Shown piece by piece: positions 53,646-64,000 of a stretch of 64,000 nt of DNA. The position numbers were made by a program, and so were the translations under genes. Numbering within the stretch: the first letter of the stretch is position 1; every line of letters begins with the position of its first letter. The stretch is from Diadema antillarum (lineage: Eukaryota): assembly GCF_040938485.1 (NCBI RefSeq), contig NW_027271115.1:62001-126000 (forward strand). Direction: 5' to 3'. The notes beneath the pieces were generated by a model. That model was not told the DNA's origin. It made no database searches and saw only the letters and a list, made by a program, of their open reading frames with translations.

Positions 53646-54486
53646 CTGTGAGACACAAAATTCAGTTTTAATGGAAATGCATTTGACGATTTGAGTATCT
53701 GGTTAAACATACTGCACATGACGTATGACAGGGGATTGTGCCTAAAATTCTATGATAAACACATGCACATTTGTGCGGTATAGGTTTCTCTGCCTAATTA
53801 TTCCCTTGAAATCATATGAAATCTACATTTGGCAGACACAATGATATTCCTATAATTGTATGAACATTTCTCCTTCCAAGTACACTCAATACTGAAGTTA
53901 ATTTTATATGTGACCGTGCATCACAAAACGAACAAAAAGTCGCACCCCTTGATTTTACATGAGGACTCAAGAAAGGTGAATCAGGTCAACCGAGTCAATC
54001 TTCAGTTTTCCAGATTTTCTGAAAGAGCTATTCTTCTTCTACATTATTTTTTTTTTTTAGTTTGGGATCATAAATTGAATTGGAAAGTAGATTTTCAGCA
54101 GTTTTTCTACAACCCCTTTTTTGGTAGAGTAGTGTGATCAGGTTTTTCTTATAGGCACCTTTTCATTTCTTGAAAATCCGATGCACACTCTTTCACTTTT
54201 AACTGTAATAACTTTTGGAAAGATGACGCTACTGCTTGTAAAGTTGACATACATCATGGACAGAATGTGTTAATAGAGCATGCTCAATTTCAGCTTGATC
54301 TGGTAATCTCTTCATTGTTGCTGCTTCAGTGGTTTACGTCATGCTCTTTGTCCTATTCATTACACAGCTAGCACGGCTTGGTAAAGATTAAGCGCTTTAA
54401 TAGACCCTGTACTTCAGAGCTTCTTTTCTCAGTTAAAAGTTTTCCAGAGTGTGTGCTTTCTTTCCAATATTTACACTTTGTATATA

Positions 54487-55408
54487 CAGTAAACCTCGCA
54501 TGAGTCGAAGCTCTCGGGACTGACAAAAATGCGTCGACTTAAGTGAACTTCGACTCTCGCGAGAGTCGATTTTTTTTCGACTCACAGTTATGTGCATGTA
54601 TTATAGTACATTTGCATGCATGTGTGTGTGTGTGTGTGTGCGTGTGTGTGTTTGCATTCAAATTTGTCTGTTCTTGAAGATAATGTTCTTATTTTGTTCT
54701 AAATTGAACATGGAATTTGTATCAATACAAGTACTAGTAGTTAAACGTAGTTCTGAGAATGTCTGCGCTAATGTGGCAATGTGCATGTGCTATCGTATGT
54801 CTATGGTGCAACATAGGTAGCCATCTCTGTCAACCTACCCTGAGAGACAAACACTCTCCCAGGCCCATCCCACCTCCATTGAACAAAACTATACAGCCAG
54901 CCGGGCACGCACAAACAAGCTCCGCCCACTTGGCCTGTCACTAAAATATTAAAGCAGCGATTGGTTGACCAAGGAGTTTTGGCTTGACATGGATAAAGTA
55001 TGGATGTGCCGTGTGTATGGATAAAGTATGGATGGATGTGCTGTGTGTATACATGTATACATGTGCATGTATTCGACATGCGTGCTGAGCGGTACGGTGA
55101 GTGTGCATGCTTATACCTGCAGCAGGCCAGGGACGGGGTTCTGCGACATGCCGATTGCTTTTGTTCTCCTCTAAATGTAATGAGAATGCCAGACAAATCT
55201 TCTTCGGCTCAAGTGATGTAAACTACGCGTATTTTGTACAAAAGGGACTGAATGTTTTACTTCGACACAGCCGAAATTCGACTCTCGTACTTCGGCTTAT
55301 GCAAATATTTCTTAGAGAAAATACATAGGGAAAAATCGGGACTTTTTATTTTGCTTCGAGTTAAGTGATTTTCGACTCACTCGACGTCGACTTATCCGAG
55401 GTTTACTG
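54487..55408. mobile_element. Non-autonomous Tc1/pogo-like element (922 bp) in CFAP299 intron 2
   Basis: TA|CAGTAAACCTCG ... CGAGGTTTACTG|TA perfect 12-bp TIRs with TA TSD, subterminal ttcgact repeats, no transposase ORF. Confidence 0.7.
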
Positions 55409-55821
55409 TATATAGGTTAAGAGAATCCATTTGAATTGAGTTTTACGTCATTTTAAAGCTCAGAGGCTGCTCTTTTAGAATCTGCCCTAAACTGAAAATC
55501 CATGTCTGGCGACTTTTTGTTGGTTTTGCGCTGGAGAGTTTTTCTTGCAGTCATCACCACAGCAATTTCATTTGCGTGCTACACTGTAAATGTAGTCGGC
55601 ACAGGAGTGCCATAAAGGCAAAGGTATAATTATTGCTTGCAATGTGATGGGCTTTTTGTACCGCACAGACATATATCATTTCTCTTGTAAACATAAAGAA
55701 AATGGGATGTTATGCATTCCTCCCAATTGAAACTTCATCAGTCCCAGTTAGGATTTGTCCAATGGGATAATTAATATTCTTTGATGACATACATTGTATG
55801 GTTGGGGCACCACCTATCGGC

Positions 55822-56108
55822 AGGGCACCTTCCCATCGGCACCCTGCGTATCATGGCTGTTTGCGTATAGAACGAAAAGGTACGCGCGGGATTAAGTGTC
55901 ATTAGCTATAAAGACAATAAAAACGAAGAAACGAAAATCAAACTCAAACAAACCAAGCTAAAAATTACACATCCACTCAGTAACGACACATGGCTGTGAA
56001 ATTCACGTGTATTACCTATGGCCTGTGAAATTCACGTGTATTACCTATGCTGTGAAATTGACGTGTATTACCTATGGAGGGGAGGGGGTGCCGATTGCAA
56101 GGTGCCCT
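55822..56108. repeat. Inverted-repeat-bounded element containing a 3x ~29-bp tandem repeat
   Basis: agggcaccttcccatcggcaccc versus the reverse complement of gggtgccgattgcaaggtgccct. Internal ctgtgaaatt(c/g)acgtgtattacctatg x3 at about 55993-56077. Confidence 0.6.
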
Positions 56109-56444
56109 TTTTAGCTGCGCGAAGAAAACAGAACGCACGCACTAAAATTGCGTTATTTTAAAACGGAGATTCATAATCAACGAGACGGTCACGACATTCA
56201 AAACTGCAGTATTTATGGCATATCCGAGGTAAGAATTAGGCGGATTTGTGTTATGTTTTTAGAATAAACAAGCTACAGATCCTTAAGGTGACGATAGGTG
56301 GTACCCCCAACCCTATATACTTTTAAATGCGCTTAGATGCAGTTGCTGTCATTCCTGACTGACATCTACACACACACACACACAACCACACACACATATA
56401 GTGAACCTGATGAGAAATTACAGGACAATCAACAAAATTCTTAC

Positions 56445-56575
56445 TTTTGCTGGCTTCTCTTGGAGAGTCTGCTGGCCTCTGCCGCCTGCTTCCTGGCCTC
56501 AAACTCTTCTCTCTTCAGCACCTCGCCGCTTCCTCGGTAGCCCAGCTCAACCAGCTGTCTAGCAAGCTCTTCATC
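56445..56575 (-). CDS. CFAP299: CFAP299 coding exon 2 ([43 protein letters not shown])
   Basis: Acceptor ttctaacccag|, donor AA|gtaaga, 131 nt, phase 0 to 2. The [12 protein letters not shown] motif is characteristic of CFAP299. Confidence 0.95.
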
Positions 56576-57891
56576 CTGGGTTAGAACACGATGAGACAGA
56601 AACAATATAACTTTTTTTCCCTATCTGATACAGGTCAAAAGGTCTTATTTGGGTGCCTCTCTACATTTCAAACACAGCTCATCCCAGATAAGGACATGTA
56701 TATTAAATGACCATTGGCATGATAGGTGAATGGGCTGCAGATTTAAATCATTAAAATGTTGTTTTCTGCAGAGATGAATATCTCTGACAATTTCCAGAAT
56801 TGAAAGAGGGGGAATGGTTGTACAGAGGAAACAATTTGAAAGTGCAACTCAATTTGTGGAGATAAGCTATGATGCAGCAAGACGGCCAATGCCTCTGTGG
56901 CTACTGTACATCTATCCTTTTTCCAAAGTTTGAACATGTTTACTTAATACCCACGTTATCAAAATGCATTTTCAAAGGCCTTTCTGATCATGTTTCTCAA
57001 ATCCACACAGCTTTTTTTCAAATTGTTGCATTTATCATCTCTATAATATGAGTCGAGAGGAAGGCATTGTAAAGGCACAGCTCCATTGCATTGCTACCAG
57101 TAGTTGACCCTCTGAGTATCAGACGTCATGTAGTCTGCATGGATTCTTTGTATCTCATCTGATTACCCATGAATTGATAAGCTTCTCTGTAATAGGTTTT
57201 TACAGTGACTAGAGCAGGTATAATTTAACACAGATGAGAGTGAACTGTTTCTTTCTTTCTTTACTCCTGCATGTTCTGATAATTTGCAATAATTCAATCA
57301 TCTCATCTAGGCCCCAATGAATATCACAAAAAATAAAAAATAAAAAATGTAAACATGTCATCTCATGATACTGTCTAGCCAGCTGGCTAGGCAGATTAAA
57401 CACACACTAGACCTACACGTAGTCTATATCCAACCCTACACAACTCCCTGATTCAGTGAACAGAAATACTCAAGTCAAAATCATAGGCATGTTGTCTACA
57501 TACAGTAAGAATATGTAGGCCTACAGCTGTAGATCTAGATACACACACCAACACGGTCCAACACCACATCTTGACGTGTAAACACAGTCTTGTGATTTTG
57601 TCTTGTGACTGTTAAAAGTCATTTGGACGTGTACAAATTTATTCGTTTGCTCTGTACCAAAGCGATAAGTTACGACCAAGAATGTCAGCGTGTAGATTTT
57701 GCATTCCATTTGCGCATTTCACAATGCAAACTTGTGTCTTTTTTGGGCTCGCGACTGCGAAGGAAGACCAGCTATGCATGTTTTTCAACTTTAATAGGGC
57801 CTACGCTAATATGAATACGTGGGACCATTCATTCCGTAAACATTTGGTAGACAAACAATTAAGAATCTGCAAAATTGCAACCAATCCTCAC

Positions 57892-57999
57892 CTCTAAGTA
57901 ATACAGATCTAGAGACGAAATTTGCGAATCCAGAAAATCTTCATAGGTGTTGAATTCTGTGACAATGTTGTCACTTCCAGACGTGATTTCTTCCTCCAT
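57892..57999 (-). CDS. CFAP299: CFAP299/C4orf22 coding exon 1 (MEEEITSGSDNIVTEFNTYEDFLDSQISSLDLYYLE)
   Basis: Manual reverse-strand translation: ATG at 57999, 108 nt, ends GAG|gtgagg (phase 0). Peptide matches the CFAP299 N-terminus as recalled (DNIVTQFNAYEDFLDSQITTVDLYYLE). Confidence 0.95.
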
Positions 58000-58760
58000 T
58001 TCAAGTAATTTCACTGCTCGTTGCTTGCTTTTTGGTCTCGGGTCTCGCGCAAGTAGTTCTGCGCTTACACACTACACTACGAGTCGAGTTCGCATATAAA
58101 TTGAGTGTGTGTACACGATACACACTACTATTCATCACACAGAGAGCGTACATTGTTGATCCCTGTCACAGTCACAATAAGCATGCTTATAGCAATATAG
58201 TGCCTCAGAAAAATTCCCTAGAAATAAACAGAATACCATGAATTACGAGAGAATGACACACTGAACCTATTACTTCTGTTTTTTATTTCAAAAAAGTCAC
58301 AATTCTGGTATTCGGATTTAGATTTTCTCTTGACTCCCTCGAGCCGCGGAGGGATATTGCTTCATTTGTGCTGCACGTTGCTAGGAAACTACAGCTCCAT
58401 GTTCCCATCCACCTGCTACTTAACAAAGGAATGCTGCCAATCACTAAAATAATCTTTTTATGCATATTTCGTCTCGATATTTTACTGAGACGAGTAAAAC
58501 TTGATGACAACACTTATGTATAGCATTAATACTTTGAAAACTCTTTCCAGATTTCTTTTTGTCTTATGACATAATGATCTCGCTGCAGCTCTGGTTATCC
58601 GCAGGTACCTCCAATCGATCTGACCAAATCATCACACGTGTACCTGTTCAACAGCTCATTTGCATATGTAATTGTACATAGTTTCCCATAGCGACGCACA
58701 TAATCGATGCACCCTGTCCGTCAGTCGCGCGTGTGTTCTACAGGAATTGTCAACAGCGCT
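58000..58760. promoter_or_regulatory. Candidate bidirectional promoter with RFX X-box-like motifs GTTGCTAGGAAAC (58377-58389) and GTTTCCCATAGCGAC (58681-58695)
   Basis: Lies between two divergently oriented genes less than 1 kb apart. The motifs resemble the RFX X-box consensus GTNRCC-N0-3-RGYAAC typical of ciliary genes. Confidence 0.55.
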
Positions 58761-58841
58761 ATTCGCACGTAGTGTGTAGTATATGGACTAGCGCAGAAAG
58801 TTGTTAAATCATCGGAGTTTCATCGTTTCTGCATTTCAAAG
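58760..58841 (+). other. Probable non-coding first exon of the coiled-coil gene (5' boundary approximate)
   Basis: Consensus donor AAAG|gtgagt at 58842, downstream of a CpG-richer promoter-like stretch and upstream of the 60627 acceptor. The TSS cannot be determined from sequence. Confidence 0.5.
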
Positions 58842-59765
58842 GTGAGTTTGGAGGTCGAGATGTTTATGCTGAGATTGCATGATAGGCATAAAGTTTGTCA
58901 AAACATGCATCGGTTTTCGATCTATGGTTGCAAATATCACGGTTACTAATTTTGCTCATCAAGGAGTGGGAACCGCGCAATATGCCCTGCCGCGGTACGT
59001 ATATCGCAGGCGATACATCGGCAAACTGTCCCACTGGATTTTCGAACGCATGGTACCGCTACCGTGTGGTTATAGTGCCGAGCCGGGCCGAGCTGAATGG
59101 CAAACACGCTCTTATAGATATCAACGTCGACGTCGATGAACAGTTCATATTGCAATCACGTCATGTCAGTATTTGGCAGTAAGATCAATCTGTATTTTAT
59201 CGTCGGGGATACATGTTCCGTGGGGACTACAAAACAAGTACAAATATGTATGGCTTCACAGAATTCCCTCTTCCGGAGGAGGACCGATGTCGAAGTCAAA
59301 AAAATGTTATAAGACTCGATCCTCCGGACATACGGATTTTTTGTTTTTCTGTCTATGTCGGTATTATCCTGTGCCATAATTATAAGATATGAACGTTAAC
59401 TGATTTCACTAAACCTGCATGCCCTTTTTACAGAATTTGGTCAGCACACTTGACTTACAAATTTGTTTCTACACAATGTGCATGAAACCATGCACAGAGA
59501 AACTAAACTGAAATTGAATTAAAAAAAAAGACATGATGTAGATTTACTCAATGTGGGCTTTGAATTGTTATGCACATTGAGAAGAAGTTCAGAACTTTGT
59601 TCAGAGAACAGCTAACAGTCAGTATATTCCATGACATGTACGCAGTTAAAAAAAAATATAGTATATACACTTGTAATGCCATTTTCTAGATATGATTTTG
59701 AAGTTAAGATATTTAAGTAATATCTCATCAAAGTGACATGATTGTTATTATATACAACTGTAGTA

Positions 59766-60010
59766 CACTCTAAAAAGACCCAAGTCAGAACTGACCCGGA
59801 ACTGGGTCCGTTGGGGTCATACACCGTTCCGGGTCAGAAATGACTTGGAATTTGGTCATGAAGATCCCGAATGGGGTCATCCTGATCCAATTCATGACTC
59901 TGAATGGGTCATATCTGACCACATTCCTTGTCATTATTGACCCGGAATGGTGTACATGACCCCAACGGAGCCAGTTCTGGGTCAGTTCTGACTCGGATGT
60001 TTTAAGAGTG
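59766..60010. mobile_element. Palindromic MITE with CACT termini (CMC/EnSpm-like or unclassified), TA-flanked
   Basis: TA|CACTCTAAAAA ... TTTTAAGAGTG|TA. Arms are inverted over most of the length (gtcagaactgacccggaactgg / ccagttctgggtcagttctgac). Confidence 0.7.
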
Positions 60011-60683
60011 TAGATGGTGTGCATTATAGTCATCACTTACAGTGTCTAGCATCCTACGGAATATATATTTTTAAAGTCGTTACATTTTTTTTTTCTTTTG
60101 CCTGCAATCGGAGTATCATTAGTAGGTTTAGGTTCCTCTGTAGATAATATAATTATGAGATTCAGTATTATAATTTCTTGTGTATGATATTGTGAGAAAA
60201 TCATTTGAATATAAAGATACACAGCTTCGACTGTATCAGAGTACAGGTTTCTTTTGCAACTTTTGCGTTGACATAACTTGCATTTTAGCTGTTCGGAGAT
60301 GGAAATCAGTGCAGTAGCATTCTACCTACTTCGTGTTACTCATGAGAGACTGCATTGCAGCTGATGATGATGATTCTTCATCACTGCCATATTTTTAGTT
60401 TCCTTCATGAGTTCCATCATCCTGGTCTAATACATTGTACATGAAAGCAACATCATGTGCATGCCAGTAGGATTGATTCATGTTGCTCTGCTGTCATCTA
60501 ATTGAGATTCATTGATTGCATCCAAAAGTGTAGGCCTACAGAGCTCCAGATTGGTGAAAAAGGAAAAGGACATCGAGAAGCAATGTCCCACTCTCCTATC
60601 TCTTTATCATCTCTGTCAAAAAACAGGTACGCACATTAAAAACGAGAAGAGCACCAGTCCAGCAGAGGATCGAGTGAGACACC

Positions 60684-60826
60684 ATGCTGAAACAGGACAT
60701 GCCCAGTGGGAAGGTGCTGCTCTCCTTTGAGAGCAGCCCCAGGAACAAGTCCCGCTATTCCACCTTGGCGGTGAAGACGGAGGAACCAGAGGCTGAGGAG
60801 GCCAAGGAGTATGCGGCATTCTTAAA
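60684..60826 (+). CDS. Uncharacterised coiled-coil protein, first coding exon (MLKQDMPSGKVLLSFESSPRNKSRYSTLAVKTEEPEAEEAKEYAAFL); exon begins at 60627 with 5'UTR
   Basis: Polypyrimidine acceptor ending at 60626, in-frame TGA just upstream of ACC-ATG, strong donor AA|gtaagt. Phase 2 matches the next exon. Confidence 0.8.
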
Positions 60827-61451
60827 GTAAGTGTGGTTCAACGAAAAAAGAAACAAAAATAGCAAATGCAATATGACTTACTGAAGAAAAAAAAAAACTC
60901 ATGAGACAAAATAAAACAAAATATTTAAATAAAGGAATATATTTGTGTCTTTTAGGTTATGTACTGGGCAGTTTTAGCAAAGAAGTTTAAATATGTCACA
61001 TTCACATTGTTTCAAACAAGGATGTGGTATTTTTTTCGTATATATTCATATTTGTGTGGAAGAGGTAGCATATATGAAATTATTTTTATTAACTACAATC
61101 TTCTTTTTTCTTTTACTATACAGTGCATTATACAGTGAAAGTTGCATTTTTACGACACCAAAACTGTGACATGCACTTACAGCACACAAAAAAGAAGCCA
61201 GTTTGTGCACTTCTTACAAATGAATACATACAGTGCATCATTTTATCAGATCTGAATCCCTGCAAATACATGTGCTCTTCAGAGAATATCTTTAAAAAAT
61301 CCATAGAAAATGTCAAAGAGTGTCTCTAATAGCTAGTATATTATGAGTTTGATACTTACATGTACATGTAAGTTATTACCCCTTGTGTCCACCCTATATT
61401 TGCATTCATCCCTAATTTGCATCGCATGTCATTTTGAAATGATTATCACAG

Positions 61452-61749
61452 AGAGCAAGAGAGAAAGTGTGGCCCCGATGGCTTCCTTGACTCCACCAAG
61501 TACACCCACTCATTCCAAGTCCGTGGCAAGGTCCTTGAATCCAAGGGCAGCAGATCCAAGAAGGACAAGACTGTTCCCGGCGGGGGGATGGCCGGAAAGA
61601 AGTCCCCTTCCCCATTGAAGTCAGCGCCAGCATCCCTCGGGCCCCTCGGGGAACAGATGGGTCCCAAGAAGCCAGAGACGGTGGTTGATGTGATGAACAA
61701 GGTGGCCAGGGATGAGCAAGAACATACAAGGAGGATGAAAATCATTGAG
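61452..61749 (+). CDS. Uncharacterised coiled-coil protein, coding exon 2 (EQERKCGPDGFLDSTKYTHSFQVRGK...VARDEQEHTRRMKIIE)
   Basis: Acceptor attatcacag|, 298 nt open in the phase-2 frame, GC-rich coding-like composition, donor GAG|gtagag (phase 0). Confidence 0.85.
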
Positions 61750-62044
61750 GTAGAGTAATACTCCTTGAGGTAGAGTTTGTTACGGTACTCTACTAGATAT
61801 ATTCAAGATTTTTAATTCAAGAATCACATTTTTTGTTGTCATGAGATATGAAAAAGACATTCTTCAATTCAGCTATATACAATGTTGGAAAAGTCTAGGG
61901 GAAGAAAAAAGATGATGCTCCAATGATATTTGTAAGTAACCTTCAGTTAAGCACTGAATTTGTTTACTCTTTTGATAGCGTGATTGGTGTCTATTACCAC
62001 ATATTCAGCAAGAAAGAACTTGTTTCTTTTTGTCAGTATTGAAC

Positions 62045-62400
62045 CTCTTTTTATTTATTTATTTCATTTATTTATTTCACATATTTTGAAAGGGTTGCTT
62101 GCTCAATAAGGTCTGGTTTTCCGCAAGGCCCTTTTTAAAAAAACAACACATAAAATGTACGGTACAGAACATTAAAGATACGCAAAATTGCATTAGTAAT
62201 ATACACATTTAGCTGTAAAATATTGTAAAATATATAAATCATTAAACAATGATTACAACTAAATGCAACAATTCAATGACCATTATATTAGACATCTTAA
62301 ATGAACTGTAAAATCATCCATATAAATAAATGTTTAACTGCAATAAAGTAACACAATTTCAATTCATTAAAAGACAACTGAAATTACATTATGTTGCTGT
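62045..62400 (-). mobile_element. Probable LINE (CR1/L2-type) 3' end remnant
   Basis: The minus strand reads an AT-rich UTR-like stretch, then gggccttgcggaaaaccag...accctttc and a (AAATA)n tail. The family assignment is by resemblance only. Confidence 0.4.
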
Positions 62401-62668
62401 GTAGAATTTCATTTGAATATAATGTGGAATAACATAAAGGAAATGAGGCAGTTCTGTTACATGTCAGACAATGACTGTAGGCATTTTGTGTGTATGGAGG
62501 GGTAGGGCGTGGTTACCAAGCATCAGGATGACATTGTGGAGTACTGGTATGCTCGCGGGTGACTTGGAGACATCGAGGAAGTACTATATACAGGTGACCT
62601 CCATGGTGACATATAGTGCATATATATTGATATTTTATCTCTCTCTCCCACTTTATCTCTCTGTCCAG

Positions 62669-62777
62669 GACCACATGTGGCAGCACAGACAAGAGGAGAG
62701 AGACCTGAAGAGAGCTGAGGGAGACCTGATGAAGAATCAAACACTTCTCAAGAGAACGATGAGGGACTATGAAATTG
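62669..62777 (+). CDS. Uncharacterised coiled-coil protein, coding exon 3 (DHMWQHRQEERDLKRAEGDLMKNQTLLKRTMRDYEI)
   Basis: Strong acceptor ctttatctctctgtccag|, donor G|gtgagg, 109 nt, phase 0 to 1. Charged helical sequence. Confidence 0.88.
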
Positions 62778-63574
62778 GTGAGGGACCAAAAAAACAAACA
62801 AACACCAAACTTTGTGTCCATCCGTAAGGGGCCCTTATCGTACCACTGCTTCAGTGATTATAATTTATGTCCATCACAATATGATAATCTCACTGTTACA
62901 TTAGTATTTATATATTTATAGGCCACAGCAAAACTTTATATGCTTTCATCAATTTGCCATTGGTGATAGTACTGATGCAAATTTTGTTCGTCGGCTATAA
63001 TTCTTGCCCAGATTCATTTATGTTTGTGTCTGCCACCGAGTTGCAGAATATGTTAGGCATTTCTCCATTTAGTGAAAAAGGAAATTTGATGTTCAAAGAG
63101 ATTACTGGTACTTTTCTGAGATACCTTTATGTAAGCTGTGTACATGTAACTGTGTTTATTTCATTCCTCCAAAGATATATACTATGTTCTTTTATCAGTT
63201 CATGAACAATGTAGACATTAGCATCTGTTGCATGCATGCACATGTTCGTGCTCATGTATGTCGAATGTATTCAGTGCAAATACACTACCGCAATTGGTTA
63301 TCAACAGATAATGTTGCTAATGTTAGACTTTTACCTGAAATGTTGACACCCAGCAAAAAGCCCATTGACATTGATAAGGACATCTTGACTGTTGACTTGT
63401 TGCATATTGATTGTGAAAAGACAAGTGATTGTAGATTGTCTCAATGTATAAGAACATATCCTCGTGATACTGTACAGAACCATCTCTAACAACCTGTTAT
63501 TTCAAAACCAACCACCAGCATCTATTCTTAATCACCATATTTCTCTCCCCCCCCCCCCCCCCATTTACCCCCAG

Positions 63575-63672
63575 CAATAAGTCGGAAGAAGCAGTCGGAA
63601 GACCAGAAGATGCTTGACAATCACAAGAAGGAATTCTTAATCACAAGAGATTATGTCCATCAGAAAGAATCT
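63575..63672 (+). CDS. Uncharacterised coiled-coil protein, coding exon 4 (ISRKKQSEDQKMLDNHKKEFLITRDYVHQKES); gene continues beyond window
   Basis: Acceptor catttacccccag|, donor TCT|gtaagt, 98 nt, phase 1 to 0. All four exons splice into one open frame. Confidence 0.85.
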
Positions 63673-64000
63673 GTAAGTAAAACCATCTATTTCTCATTAA
63701 TTTCTGAAACATCATAACCCTCCTCATCAATAACAATATTAGCGTTCCCACTGGTATAACCTGTAATATATTTGCTGTTATTAAAAGTATAGGTATTGGA
63801 GATATTTATCTAGACGAAAATACTCGAATCATAAATGTAGACGCATAATTCATGAAGCAGGCAACATGCTGTAGTAATGCTATACTTCTCAAACTTTTTC
63901 AGTCCATGGCCACTTTGGCTAATACAATTTTTCTTGAGGCCCAATAACAATGAATGCAAATCTTTTAGATTGTTTAGCTGAACTTGTTGCCCACCTGCAC

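Noticed and set aside
59272-59328. 9-bp inverted repeat tccggagga/tcctccgga in the first intron of the coiled-coil gene
   Set aside because: Short stem with a long loop, no TSD and no RNA-gene features. Plausibly chance or an old repeat.

Overview
Eukaryotic, AT-rich, intron- and repeat-rich genomic DNA with three sized N gaps. An invertebrate deuterostome such as a sea urchin is my inference from gene content and repeat style, not proven. There are three well-supported protein-coding genes. (1) A complete 4-exon CFAP299/C4orf22 ortholog on the minus strand: join of 57999-57892, 56575-56445, 53645-53412 and 53014-52786, 702 nt = 233 aa + stop. (2) Head-to-head with it, the 5' part of an unrecognised coiled-coil gene on the plus strand, with coding exons at 60684-60826, 61452-61749, 62669-62777 and 63575-63672, continuing past the window; RFX X-box-like motifs lie in the shared promoter. 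(3) Exon 1 of a secreted TGF-beta-family precursor on the minus strand (30238-29806), most likely BMP3/GDF10-like from the GNTVKSY motif, the phase-1 exon end and its position downstream of CFAP299, as in vertebrates; its remaining exons were not found. Mobile DNA includes a 5'-truncated, decayed R4/Dong-type (RLE) non-LTR retrotransposon inserted in a TAA microsatellite and many non-autonomous DNA transposons (Kolobok-like, PIF/Harbinger-like, Tc1/pogo-like, CACT-ended, foldback). Most short ORFs in the supplied track are spurious. No CRISPR arrays or rRNA genes and no convincing tRNA genes were seen.
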